The translations under genes were made by a program, and so were the position numbers. The notes under the pieces were generated by a model. It searched no databases. It was not told where the DNA came from and saw nothing but the letters and a program-made list of their open reading frames with translations. Below, piece by piece: positions 23,742-38,599 of a DNA stretch of 64,000 nucleotides. Positions within the stretch are counted from its first letter, which is position 1. Each line of letters starts with the position of its first letter. The stretch is from Penicillus capitatus (lineage: Eukaryota; Plantae; Chlorophyta). Where the stretch lies: positions 120,796-184,795 of the forward strand of contig OZ287718.1 in the NCBI GenBank assembly GCA_965649825.1, written 5' to 3'.

Positions 23742-26226
23742 ATGGGCAAGAAAACGAAGACGAAGACGTCGACGACCGCTTCTGAAGTGGTCGACTCGGA
23801 ACGCGCGACAGAGGTTGCAGACTTGAAGAGATCTGGTGAGTCGCGGCCTTGACAACGTCCTTGTCGTCAGAGCCTCCTATCCTCGCTCCCTGACAACTCT
23901 TCGTCTTGCCATTCAAGGAAACAACCAATTCGCCGAGCGCGAGTATCAGAAGGCGTTGGATACTTACGACAAGGCCGTAAAGATGTTGCCAGACGCATCA
24001 ACAGAGAAAGCAGATATTCTTTGCAACAAGGCAGCCTGCTACATTCAGGTATCGTCTTGTTCTGCCGCCCATGTCCTTTCAATGCACATGTTGGCAGATG
24101 AAGCGTTTCAAAGAAGCTGTCCGCGAATGCTCTGCTGCGCTGTCATCCACTCCAGGTTTCTCCAAAGCGCTGATAAGGAGATCACGTAGGATGGATCCTT
24201 CGAGGGAAATGACTGGCCATCGACTGATGTCGGGTTTTGATGTGTTGTTAAGGTGCTTATGAGAGTCAGGGTCTCTTTAAACAGGCTCTGACGGACATTC
24301 AGCAAGTGAACCGTAGCGATGCTGCCACGACAGAGTCGAAGGAAAATGAGAAGAGACTGAAAGAGATAGTTGCAGGCAGAAGGGCTCCAGGTATGTTAGA
24401 ATTGCCTGCTCTATGCAATGAGACCCGCCTCCTTCAAAACAATGCTTGCAGGTTCGCCAGCGGGACGCAACATGGGTGGACGTGTGCCACCTCTCGTCTA
24501 CTTCACAGCCAAGTGCACATATGAAGAAGAAACGAGGTGAGGCCTGTTTGTTAATACTACCATGATGAATGTCTGATGGGATTGTTGCGTGCCAGAACAA
24601 TCCACTTGTCACATGCCACCTCATACGCTGAGTTACTGGACGTTGTTCGTACAAAGTTCCAACATATTGGGCCATTCTTAATCAAGTACCAGGACAAGGA
24701 AGGAACGATGATCACAATTTCAGAGCGTGCAGATATTGCCAATGCAATTTCAGAAGTGTTGACAGCCTACGAGAAAACAGTCTCCGCACACAGTTCCAGA
24801 CTCAATCCCCAGTTCCCTCCAGTGAAATTTAAGATCGAAAAAGCTGAATCTGAAGAACAGGTACCAGTCCCTCCGGAAGACGAGATTCGCGAAAGAAACC
24901 AACTCATTGCAAATCAAAGAGCGAGGGAGAAAGCCCGTCAAGCAAAGCTGTTAGCAGAGAAGAAGGAAGCAGGCGGCGAAGATGCTGTCTACGAGATTGA
25001 TGATTGGTTAGTGGATTTTGCGAATCTCTTCCGAGAGAGGACAGGAATTGACCCAGATCGACATGTGGATATGCATAATCTTGGAGTGGAGAAATGCCAG
25101 AAAGCATTGGAATCGGTCATTCACAGTTCAGCGGCCATCCCAATCTTCGAAGAAGCGGCAGAGAAATTCAAAGAAGTCACTTGCGTTGGGCTGTTGAATT
25201 GGGGAAACGTTTACTTGTGTGTTGGTCACAAACTCGGCAGCGAAGCGGCCTCTCAAGGCAAATCGGCAGAAGATGTGGAGGCAGATATCCTTGCTTACTT
25301 TGACAAAGCAGAAGATCGATACAACGAAGCGATGAAGTACAAAGAGGATTTCTACGATGGCATCTTGGCGCTGGCTCAGTTAGAATTTGAACGAGCCAAG
25401 ATTAAGATGGGATTGATCGTTGAGCCTCCGGAGGAAGCGGAACAGAAGCCGGGAGACAGCGAGGAGATAGAAGGACCGCCTACCAAAGTTCCACCCGAGA
25501 AGCCTCCCACCAAGGTTCTCTCTGTCCGGAGAGCGAATTAAGAGTTTTACACAGATGCTGTTGATGTCAAGGAACCTGCTGATGAGGAAAAGTCTCAACA
25601 AGCAGCTGCACAGGCCATGAATGAAGCCATGAAGAAGGCGCTTGCTCGTGTTGATGCCTCCAAGTTGCCACTGGTGCAGCCATTGATCGATAAGTCCTGG
25701 GAGATCTATGCAAAATCTGTGACACTTGGGATCGATCTGGATGCGCAGCGAGAGAAAGAGAAAGAGAAGAAGGCGGCGAAGGAAAAGGCAAAGGCTGATG
25801 GCCAGCCAGAGGCAAAGACAGACACCGACTCCAAGGACGACAGCCAAGATGAACCGGGCTTGAAGACACACGCACTTGTCATGTGGGGCAACGTGATCTT
25901 TGAACAGGTCAACACAATCATGTCATCCACCCTACTCTCTTTCACTCGAGGGCTGTGCTGTGCCATCACAGAGTCAAATACTTGCAGCGACAGGCGGCGA
26001 TTGGAGGCCATCTCTTGATGAGGCGATCGCCAAGTTTAAGGAAGCCGGTTGCAATGAGAAGGATATCAATCAGGCTTTGAGGACGCACTTCAAGGCAGAT
26101 GAATTGGAGATTCCTGATCTGGAAGCAGAGGAAGAAGCACCAGCTGGTTCGAGCAAAGAAGAAGAATCACCAGTCAAGGGACTGCCATCTCTTGGACCAA
26201 AACCAAAGAAATCGATTGAGGCCTGA
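23742..26226 (+). CDS. CLMP1/PHOX: PHOX/CLMP1-like TPR-PB1-TPR protein, multi-exon
   Basis: N-terminal TPR GNNQFAEREYQKALDTYDKA..NKAACY; PB1 segment FLIKYQDKEGTMITI; EIDDWLVDFANLFR..GIDPD; C-terminal ALVMWGNVIFEQSQ..AGCNEKDI. Confidence 0.88.
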
Positions 26227-26778
26227 ATAGATGATTAATTGCAAAGGACAGAGCTTTCTTTCCTTTACTATTGTGCCCTCCAGTGCATATGTTTATTTGA
26301 ATGTCGGAATCAACAATGAAATGCAACATGTGAGTGCCTGGACCTGATTTTGTTGGCGTGGCCTCCATAGTGGAGATGCTGGGTTCTCCGTAGCAACCCA
26401 TTTCGAAAACAGAACCTCCTTTATCCGTCATTCTTTAAGCGGCTATTCGTCACATCAGATCGTGTCGACGAAGAACCGGCCGGATTCGAATCTCTTCGTC
26501 GACGCACCGCCTCCGAATCAGCTGTTCGATCTGAAATGAATCCTTACATTCTTCTCAAGAAATGACACACAACGTGTCATTAAAATCTGTGTTTGTTAGA
26601 AACTTCTTCACAGGGGACAGCCACACAGACACGATCACAAGAATCAATCGTATCCGTGCAGCCAAAAGAATCGATAAGACAGAACGATGACATGAGAACG
26701 TTAACACAACCTGCTTCCGAGGATCAATTGAGATCTGCTGTGCAGATGGACGCACCTTAGGATCGACACAGTAAGCAT

Positions 26779-27574
26779 TTACGTCCACCATGGAGCTGTG
26801 TTTGTTCTGAAATCGGTCTCTGTCCATGGAGAGAAGAACACCGCACCGTCAGATGATACTTCACAGTGCTCCAGAGCGAGAGACAATGGAGCTGGTCCAC
26901 GCACCACCTTCCCAGTGCCATCGTATTGAGATCCATGGCATGGACACTTGAACTTTTTCTCGGCCTGGATCATCGCAGAGCAATGAGAGTGCCATCCGGC
27001 TAACAGAATATGGAGCACACACTTGGTTCCATGGCACAACGCATCCCAGATGTGTACAGACAGCATTGAGGCCGTAGCTCTCCAGGCCGCCTCCGTCGTT
27101 GACAATGAGATAGGTGGGATCGCCCTTCAGTCCCTGTGACAGAGATCTATCGCCGGGCAAGTGAGTCTTCGTCCACTCCGCCACAGTGATGTCGTTTCCA
27201 AGTGCATCCTTTGCTGGTTGAGCACCTCCGGCACCACCCGCTCTACAAAGACAGTGGAGCGAGATGTCATGATGGACACCAAGAATCACTCAGGGAACGA
27301 CATACCCCTTTGGGATAAAGAAGCTGAAGTATGGACCGGCCATGAGAACGATGGGGACGCCAGATGCCCCAACCAACAACCAGTTCATAAGAACGCGTTT
27401 ATTCATGTCTGGAACCTCGTCCGCCGAGACGGATGCCGCCATGCACACTGTCTTCTTGGCGACTGTGCGTCGCACAATGGGTTCATGCATTCGGAGAGGT
27501 TTGCCGACGCCTCTGGCCGATGCGGATCTTGACGAGATCGAAAAGGTTTTGGTGCCAAGACATGAGGACGCCAT
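26779..27574 (-). CDS. petC: Cytochrome b6f Rieske Fe-S subunit precursor, 3 exons
   Basis: [57 protein letters not shown]. Confidence 0.97.
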
Positions 27575-27974
27575 TCTTGTGGTGTCGCTAAGAAACCTTA
27601 GACCAACACGCAGCAGATCTTTCTACGGACAAAGAACCGAGGCGGAAACCAGGAACGATGAATGCGTTTGTTTGTATCAATTCGATTTGACTTTCGACGT
27701 GGCAGTGTATCTACCGCTCAGCGATCCAAGAAAGCCTTCAAAGAATAAGGGACACGGAGTGTACATCTAATGCTTCAAATAGGCGTCAGTGAGGCTCCTT
27801 AGATAACAGCAACCTACTCCTGACGCATTTATTGCATAATATCCACGTCCTGTAGTCGTCAGCAACCACGACGTTCCGCCATCTGACAAGACCCATGAGC
27901 ACGTTTTCATCATTTTAGCCAAATGAATAATAGACATGCATACGCAGACGCAAACGCAGAAACAGGGTTCTTTC

Positions 27975-28924
27975 ATGGCCGCCAACAAGTCTGTTGAAGA
28001 TCTATCTCTTTTGCGGATATCTATCGAGAATGCCATCTGTAGATACGACATCTCGAAATATGATATCTCCAAGACCAGTACCTTAGAAAGCGCTGTTTTG
28101 GAAACGGTAGAAGTAGACATCGTGCTTCGCAACACACACCCTTCGCATGCGATTATAGATCGGTAAAGGGGAATTTGACTTGTACCTCAATCTCGCCCTG
28201 CTCCGCCTCTATCAGTTCGAGCAGGAACTGCTGAAGATTGATATTGTGGCTTTGATTCTGTGCAAAGCCTTGACAACACTTCCGGACGCTAACTTTGGCA
28301 TCTGTCTGCATGTTCTGCCGGAATCGACGCAGGTCTGTCTCTTTGTGTCTGTCATCTTCTCAAATGCATACGCATGATGATGGTTGCAGCTAAAAGAACC
28401 TGTGGCTTCACTCATTCTCTTGGCGCAGCATTTGGATGGTGCTCGATTTCATCTCTTCTGGCCGCTGACTGAATCCATTAAGGACACTCTGTCGAAAGGT
28501 ATGATCGAAGAATTTAGGGATTTCTTACCTTCGATATAACTCGTGGGGGTAGTGCCAAATTTCTTTGATCTGATACGCGCTTACATACTGACGATGGTAT
28601 CGTTGACGTTCAAGAAGATCCCTGAAACGCTTTTAGCATCCTATCTGAAGCTCTCTTCCGCAGAAATGACATCGTTGGTGAGATACAAGATGTCAAATCA
28701 CACGCAGCGTTTGGTCGTTGTGTAGGTGAATGTTAAAAGCAACAGTGATGGTTGGTCAGTGATCGAGACGCCCAATGGGTCAGTGATCTGCTTTCCAGAA
28801 AGGTTGAGATTGTCACAACAGCGATTCCTCGTGAAGAGACTGTTTAATCAGGAAGGAAAAGCATGACCTGCAAGAAGCTCTTTCCTCCATCGGTTTGGAG
28901 GACGCCATGTCTCTGTTTAAATGA
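27975..28924 (+). CDS. eIF3K: Eukaryotic translation initiation factor 3 subunit K, multi-exon
   Basis: FDLYLNLALLRLYQF, ILCKALTTLPDANFGIC, LDGARFHLFW, VPNFFDLIRAYI. The last exon ends GLEDAMSLFK* at 28924. Confidence 0.88.
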
Positions 28925-29133
28925 GTGAAGCAAGGATCAGAGGCATCGGCGAAAGAAAGCAGACCCATTCAAATGGAAATCGCCACCGCTGCCGCTTCTG
29001 TATTTCAGACCTTGGTTCTGCTTGTTTGTAACTGGCTCTTACCGTTGCATCGGCATTTGGTGGCGCGTGTGTCCAGCTTGGACATGAGAATAGGCAGCTT
29101 CCTGGAGGTGTCGATGGCGCGCAACGTGACGTC

Positions 29134-30740
<1,607 letters not shown>

Positions 30741-31134
30741 ATTCCTTCTTTGTCTCGAAAACGAATGAGTAAACATCGATTTTCCTGTCCGTCTATGATG
30801 GGATCTTTTTGATCGACTCCCTTTCGGAACGAGTGTGTGTGGTATAACCGTTTACATGAAGTATCTAGTACATTGTGGGTGAACCTCGGACCGTTGTCGG
30901 ATGTTACATGTGGCCGCAATGCCAGAGTGTTTTCTTAACGAATGTGATAGAACTTCGATTCGCCGATCGCTAGAGAGCGTGTGAGCAAACAAGTGTGACA
31001 TGGAATGACATGACAGCGACATGCTGTCGTTGCCACCTCGGATGTGCCCCCAGGACTCACACGACACCTTGTTTGTGCCAGTAGTGGAGTATACGGTATC
31101 TACGGTCCGATACCGAGTCAGAAATTTCGTGCAG

Positions 31135-32022
31135 ATGAGCAATGGTTCGTGGCAAGGTGTATCCGAGTCTTCGCCGCAGCCGGAGGTCGATGGAGAGGAA
31201 CCACAAGCAGGATACTCGTCCGCGATGGAACCCGTAAAAGAAGCCGCCGAAGACGAGAATGGTATCGACGATAACGAGGGCAATAAAAAAGTGGTGGAAG
31301 GCGCTTGTGCCGACCGTCTTGAGATGACCGATGATGGCGAGGAGGAGGACGAAGACGACGACCCGCTCGTTCAAGAATTAAAAGCAGAATTGGAGCGAAC
31401 GGCATTTCGACAGTCAAGCTTCGGACAGCAGCACGTTGCGAAAGAGAAAACGCCACATGAACCTCCTTCCTCATCCTCCCAAGCGCACTACACTTCTAAG
31501 ATCGCGTACAGCATCACAGAAAAGGGAAATCGCCCTAATCCATGTGCATGGATGTGCTCTGTTTGTCTAGTGCCTTGATGGAGACGATGGATGATGACCA
31601 ATTGAATCGCTTTGAGGCATTTCGACGGTCGACTCTGTCGAGGGCAAGCATGAAGAAAGTAAGGCTCTGCAGGTAGAATGACTGACTGACTGACGACCTG
31701 CTGCGTCAATCCTTGATAGTTAGTATCGAGTTTAATCAATCAGACAATGAACGATGAGAAAGTGAACATCGTCCTCTGCAGTCTGGGCAAAATGTTTGTT
31801 GGCGACTTGGTCGAAACAGGTAGTTCATGGCCTCTTTGAGTGTGCCTGTCCATTGATGTCTGTGTGTTTGATGATGCTCGTGTAAAAGCTCGAGGAATTG
31901 CCAATGCAGAGCAGCATGTTGGCCCTTTGACGCGATCTCATGTCTACCAAGCTTACAAAGCGATTGGAAAGAAGAACAGACGCATTAAACGAAGGGCGGG
32001 TCGGTTTTTTGGTCGTCTATGA
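31135..32022 (+). CDS. TAF11: TFIID subunit TAF11 with long acidic N-terminus (start codon uncertain)
   Basis: DQLNRFEAFRRSTLSRASMKK, NIVLCSLGKMFVGDLVET/ARGIA and GPLTRSHVYQAY match the TAF11 histone fold. Confidence 0.82.
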
Positions 32023-32702
32023 GTCCAGATGATTTCATTATAGACGTTGTTTTTGTTTCGTCGGGCCAATCGTGAACACGTCTGGCAAACAGCATTCTGC
32101 CACTACCCCTGTTCGAATTCTTTCGGTCTTCTTGTCAGCATTCTGCCTGGCGATGGCGACGTCGATGATATGGATGGATAGCACAGTTTCTTTCAGACAT
32201 GTCTGTCCTCCTCCGTCCAAACTTGCACGGCTGTATCCAGTACATCAACCTCAGCACCATCCAAACTTGAGATCCTGCTTGAATTCTAAATGTGTAGATG
32301 AAGCAATACACCATCCGTCCTTCATTATAGATGCTGTTTCTGGTCACTGTGTTAGACAGCAACGATGGAGACGCTTCCCCGGCTTTCCTACAGCAAATGC
32401 GCGAGTAGAGGCACTGGATAACGGAAGATACTCAACGCTGAGTCTGTCTAGACAGTTCAGTTTCCGCGTCGGTTAGATGCATTACGTTAAAGATGTCCGG
32501 CAGATGAATTCTCCATCGTCGGTTTCCCCATTTTGATACGCTCCTGTACACTGAAATCCAGGTGGCCGACTTTCTTTGTACCTGCACGAAGACAGCGACG
32601 GGTATTAGAACAAACGAACTTCTGTAAGCCCAGGAGTGCGAGTGAGCTTTTGACGTTGTTTGAGTTTTGTTGGTTTCTTATTGGACGTCGAAGAACCTGA
32701 GC

Positions 32703-33920
32703 ATGGCTCCGCTACATATGTGCTACGTCCAGCCGTTTCCACGATACAATGCTCATGGCGTTGGGGTGCCGATATCTCCCCCAGACATGGCTGTTTACGG
32801 TCACTCACCCGTGGCATTTGATGGCTTGTCGCAAGCCGAATCGTTCAGCAGTTGGGAATCACCTCCGCCACAGCCCTATTACCCTACCGCAGCGCCGATG
32901 TACGAAGCTAGACCGAAAGGGCTGAATCCTGCGTGGGACATGGACAGCCTGAAAACGGCGCTTCAGAACGCCCGTCCCGGTATGAACGAGATACGCTACT
33001 ATCTCGAGACGTGTACGTTCAAGCCCCGAGAACAGGCATTCACGACGCTCGTGAATCAATGCAGTCGCCAGAGAGAGTGGCGCAAAGCCCTCGAAATTCT
33101 GGAAGCAATGAAGGGATTTCGGGGTCTGCGTCCGAATAAGTATACTTATTCGGCGGCCATTTCAGCCTGCAGCAATGCCGGAAAATGGGAAAAGGCATTG
33201 GAGGTCTTTAATGAGATGAAAGCTGTCTCTCAAAAGGACCCTGGTTGTTTGCCAAACTTGGTCACCTACAGCACTGTCATCACGGCGTGTGAGCGCGGCG
33301 GAAAATTTGATAAGGTTCTTGCCCTCTATGACGAAATGATCACGGAAAAAATATCTCCGGACAAGATCACCTTCGTCTCTGTTCTCGGAGCCTGTGTGCG
33401 GAGCAAGAACTGGAAGCGAGCTGAAGAAATTCTGGAAAGTATGCATGCAGACGGCCTTGCCGGAACGTCTCGTGTTTATACAAAGCTTCTGGAACACTAC
33501 GGCATTACAGCAGAGTGGCAAAAGGCCTTGGATCTGTTCCTGACCATGCAGATTCAGGGATCGTCCGTCGATCGCCAGACGTGCCGAGCGTTGATGTCAG
33601 CATTGGAAGCGGGCAAGAAATCGGATATGGCTGTCCAATTACTCGAAGCCATGAAGGAGGCAAAAATCACGGCAGATGCTCAGACATACAACTCTGCTCT
33701 GCGAACACTTGCTGCGTGCAGCGAATTGGACAAAGCCGTGGCAATGATGAATGAAATGGACGCACTGAAAATCAAAGTAACGTCGGAGACAGCGAACACG
33801 GTTCTGGTCTCCTGCGCTACGGCTAACAAGGTTACTCTGGGAAGGCAGTTGATGGGGAAATTTGCATCTCTGGGTCTGCCCGTCGATGGCAACACCATCG
33901 GCAACAAGAAATCTCATTAA
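32703..33920 (+). CDS. Pentatricopeptide repeat protein, paralog A (intronless)
   Basis: About 35-aa repeats such as PNKYTYSAAISACSNAGKWEKALEVFNEM and PNLVTYSTVITACERGGKFDKVLALYDEM, after a Pro/Ser/Tyr-rich leader. Confidence 0.9.
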   Translation: MAPLHMCYVQPFPRYNAHGVGVPISPPDMAVYGHSPVAFDGLSQAESFSSWESPPPQPYYPTAAPMYEARPKGLNPAWDMDSLKTALQNARPGMNEIRYYLETCTFKPREQAFTTLVNQCSRQREWRKALEILEAMKGFRGLRPNKYTYSAAISACSNAGKWEKALEVFNEMKAVSQKDPGCLPNLVTYSTVITACERGGKFDKVLALYDEMITEKISPDKITFVSVLGACVRSKNWKRAEEILESMHADGLAGTSRVYTKLLEHYGITAEWQKALDLFLTMQIQGSSVDRQTCRALMSALEAGKKSDMAVQLLEAMKEAKITADAQTYNSALRTLAACSELDKAVAMMNEMDALKIKVTSETANTVLVSCATANKVTLGRQLMGKFASLGLPVDGNTIGNKKSH

Positions 33921-36456
33921 AGCGCTCGACAGCATCCACTCCATCCAAGCACGGATGGGGGATTGGCTGTCGAGGGGGTCCGGGGTGCTGGGTGTTGTTA
34001 ACATAACGACAACGACAACGATGACACTTATTCGTTGACTTCAGTGGTACAATCAGCTAGCTTTTCATGCTTTGGCCTTTGTGCATTCTTCTCGCTGCAA
34101 GTTTCCAACAAACAACAAACGGCATGCATCTCGTGTTGTTTAGCATCTCGACCAACTAGCCGTTTCTCTTACATTTTAATCGGGTTCTGGGCAAGCACAG
34201 GTTAGTGAGGTCTCGTCACTCCAACAAATCCAATCTCGATTTGCAAAATGAGCTTTTGTATGCGTCGAGTTCCTTGTTGAGCATCAGATCAGATATCTAT
34301 GTGGACAGCAGATGGTCTTTGCTTGTCAGTCAAATGCGCTGTCCTTCTGTTTTCTTTCGTTCTCAACTTTCCTGCCTATATTATGTCGCAGCACCGCGAC
34401 TGAATGTGTGCTGTTGTTTCAATCAGACAATCTGTGCTAGGAATATTGTACTTTCTTTGCTGTCTTCTCTACCTACGACCATTTCCACAACAAAAGACCC
34501 TTATCACGGGCATCATTTCATATTTGACTTGAGACCTCACACAACGAATGAAGAGAAATCGGCCACTGGTCCGATGGCGATGTTTTCAGGCTTTGAAAGA
34601 GGAGAAGCGTGGGACACATCATCACCATTCGATCGATCGAATCTGTGGACACGCTTGATGCATTATACGTTTTGATTTACTTAGCAAGTGGGCAGGCATC
34701 TACGAGAATTTGTTTGCTGCGAGTTTCATGTTTTCTGGTCCGGTGTTTAGTGATTCTCCTGTTCATATCTGTCATAAACCGGCGATCATAGGATACTGTG
34801 TTGTGCACACTGTCTGCCCACCCAGCATTACCTACAAACACATCTGACCACGAAACCAAAAGAGAGCGAGATTTAGCAACGGCTCTGAAGATGTGCCCAG
34901 CATGACCTATCCAGGTTTGCACATCAGAACTTCGACTGTTTTTCTTTCTCAGAAGGTGGTTGAAATGGCTCCAGTAGATATATGCGTGTGAGTTTGTTTG
35001 TCCATCAGTTCAAAACCAATATTCAGTGACGACGCCATGCACGTGTGTTGAAGTTCTGTCCTGGGTTTGTTGTATCTGTGTGTTTATCGCCTGATTGTCT
35101 TTGACCGTACAAGAAGCAATCATTTGTGTCAATCAGTCCGTCACACTTTGATGAAAATTGTGTGTTTTCTTCTATCGAAGATTGATTCAAGTCGTTTTAG
35201 TTTGATTTCTTCATAAAGAACTCTACTATACTATACTATACAATACAATACGATGCTTACGCATTCACTCACTCATTTATTTAACTTTTCTTGACCGGGG
35301 GACTCCAGCAAATGTTGTTGTTGTTGTTTCTCTCCTTCGACCATATTCCATGTGTGTTTACTTGTGCTTGGGTGGCACCATGGCAAAATGGCAATTATTT
35401 GTTGTGCTCTTCGGTGCGATTTTGATAGCCTATCCGCTGCAGTGCTTTTCTCAACATCATTTCTTAGCAGCAGGCGACAATCGGAATTTCATACAATTTT
35501 TATTTGCATGAGAGCGTCGAGTGACGGTTGTCATCTCCATGTCTCATGCATATGCCCTTAGCAACAGAACTGTATTCTGGTCTCACCTCACGACAGTCTG
35601 GGAACGACTCGCTCCAGTGTCATGGCCTTTGAACAATGAACGGTCATGCTATAAGAATACATGTGTGTGTGCACAAGGGAAAGGAGAAATGGATCGGGTG
35701 CGAAGCCGATCTCTTTTCTTTCTGTGTTGATAGTCACAGCCTCATTGCGAGGCAAAGAATGCCTCGTGCTTGCTCTGGCGTCAACACATGTCCAGCCAAG
35801 TTTCCTCTGTAAGAACAGCTTGAGGAAATGTGACTGTGACCCGACTGGATGCATGGCTCTGTGGATGTGCGATCTCATTCTCATCTTCAATATGAAATGA
35901 GGAGATTGCGAAGCATCCACACACCATTGCCATGCATATGTTTCCAAGCAGAATCTCCAATAGGATTTTTTCGATTCCTGCAAACCTATTTTCATCGACT
36001 TCGCACAATGAAACATTTCTTTGAACGAAGAAAGGAGAGGAAACCCCCCTTGCGGTTTTCTTTATGAGTTCAGTCCCGTGAATACTCTTTAATTCTATAC
36101 TTGTCTGTGATGTGCGGTAGCAAAGAATGCGTATATTGGTCAGTCTTCTTGAGTGGATAGGTGCTTTTTTAAGCTAACACTGAGAAGATTACTAGTCCCC
36201 CTCGCCAACTCTCCATACGAGTATCCCTTAAACTATTCCCCCTGAACACGAAAACGATGTATTTCATGTGTTCACTCTCCCCACTTTTTAAGCGTCCGGC
36301 CGTGATTCCCTCATCCGATGAGGCGCGCGTGTTGTACTGATGATCAACAGAAAAACAGACAGACACAACGATGACGACAGGCAAAACCAAAATCCTAAAA
36401 AGCACAACATTTGGCGATACATTGGAATGTTCAGTTCGAATGCAACGATGCTCGGA

Positions 36457-38035
36457 TCAGTCTTCCAAAACAACCTCTCTGATATCAGGAAACTTGTCTC
36501 TGATGGCAGCCTTTATTCCTTCTCCGATTGGAACAGGACCTGAATACTTCAGTCTGCAGACTCCATCATTCACATGCACCACTTCAACATTGCCACCATA
36601 TCTACACGAAAAAGTGACGCTCGGATGGTTAGGACAGTGAGACAGGCCCAGTCAGGTCAGACGTACCCTTCAATGGCAGGACGTAGAATATTGAGATGTT
36701 CGTTGATGGCATCTGTGTTCGCGGATGTATCTTGCACATCCACTTGAATGACTTCAATCAATTGTTCGGCGAATGTAGATTTCAGAACTCTCTCTATTCC
36801 CATTTTCATCGTAGCCGTGGACGATGGACACGTTCCTGAAGAAGCATAATCCACGTTGTGTCACGAGAGTTGTCTTACCGCACGCTCCCTGCAACCGGAG
36901 GAAGACATTTCCCTCTTCAACACTCACCACTTCAACGTTCCCTCCATCTGCAATCAGATATGGCCGTACTTCGTCCAACGCTTTGTCTACAGATGCTATA
37001 TCCATTTCGATATCTGGCTTTTCCATTGCATTGCCAACGCTGCGATGAATGGGTGCTTGTGCAAAAGGACTGATGATACTGTCCTGTGGTGACGATTCTC
37101 TCGGACTTCCACTCTGGACAGAACACACATGATCAGTGAGCGGGCGGGGGCGAGCGGTGAGATACAACAACGGTATGTACGCCATCGCCTTCTGTTGCTT
37201 TCGTCTGTTCGTCGATGACGGCACTCCAGTTATCGCCTTCCACTGCCTTGACAAGCCTCAGTCGACGTTCTTTTGATTCCAAACTTTCCCCAGGTACATC
37301 GTCGTGAAGGTTTGCTCCCATTGCCTTTTTCAACTTGTTCTTCTTCTCCTCATACTCTCTTCTTTCGCCGGATGACATGTTTGTTACTCCCAGTGTATTG
37401 ACATCTTCCCACAATTCTCTCTCGGCGCCATTTCCAGGTGGAATTGTGCCTTCATGTTCCATCCAATCCAATGCCTCTCTCTCCAAATTCTCTCGAGTTG
37501 TCATCGCCTTGTTCATGAAAACCATCACCCGCACAAATGCACAAAGATCGTCGCCGAGAGCATTTCGATGCTTTTTCAAAGCAAGGACGATGTTGCGGGC
37601 GTATCCAATGTACTGGATATTGTGATCGCCGTCGTAAACAGCGTAAACACCAAGTGGTTTCTCGCCATCTCGAGATTCCAAATAAGCAGAGAGCGGTACA
37701 ATGGCATCGCCATCATCTTCTCCCTTGCGGAAGTTATACTTCCCAGAGGAGTGAATCTCAGCACCATCTTCTCCATATAAAGCACTGTGTAGTCCTTGGT
37801 GTCCCTCTGGAACACTGGAGTCGGTCATCACGCCGTTGTTCGAAGGAACGGTCTTGATGGCAGACTCCAAGGACAAGTGCACGTGTTTCAGTGCGATCTT
37901 GGGCGGATTCGCGAACTGCCGTCGGTTTGGAGCACAAAAGGCATTTCTCTTCTGTCCTCTCAACGAACATCGCGTGAGGGAAAAAGGCGACAGCGGCGTG
38001 GCCATAACGAAAGCGACGGAACGCATCAAGTTCAT
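36457..38035 (-). CDS. NFU1: Plastid NFU1 Fe-S carrier with N-terminal GIY-YIG-like domain, multi-exon
   Basis: Transit peptide, then GVYAVYDGDHNIQYIGYARN. An in-phase intron (about 37110-37180) joins this to VDKALDEVRPYLIADGGNVEV..LQGACG/TCPSST and a second NifU-C domain ending DKFPDIREVVLED. Confidence 0.88.
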
Positions 38036-38599
38036 CAAACGGATGGGAAGAATGGGTTCAGTGAAGAATCAGATGCAACTTCCGGGGTCCACTGACCCGA
38101 GCAAAATAGAGATCCGCATATGCAGCTGCCAGCCCCTGCTGACGGTAATCACCTAGATTGTCTTGTGAGTGGACACAGCACGCACGTCTGCCCAACAGAC
38201 ACCCTCCTGACCTGACACCCATCTACTGTCTCAAGGAGTACCGTCTCGCCTTCCTATCCGACGTGTGTGTTGGGACGAAAGGTCGCAGAACTGCCCGTAC
38301 GGTGCCGCTTCGACAGTTCAAACGGTTCCTACGGGCACCTCAGAAGTTCATGGCTCCTACTGAACCGTCGTCCTGCATGCGGTGATCAGACTTCCGCGGC
38401 ACAGCCAACACATTCTTTTCTTCTAAACAACCAGGTACTATAGCGTCTGAAAGACGTCCGCTTTCTGTCTGTTCATTCTGCGACGCTCTGTTTGTGTGTC
38501 TGTTTTTTGCCGTCACTCGTCAAGTCTCTGACAACAAAGTGAGCAACGCCACGCCTTCCTGTAGATGGACGCCCGCGGTATCTGTGTCTCTGTTACAGA

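Noticed and set aside
35225-35255. ctatactatactatacaatacaatac, and gtgagtgagtgagtgagt near 40830
   Set aside because: Ordinary short microsatellites with no further structure.
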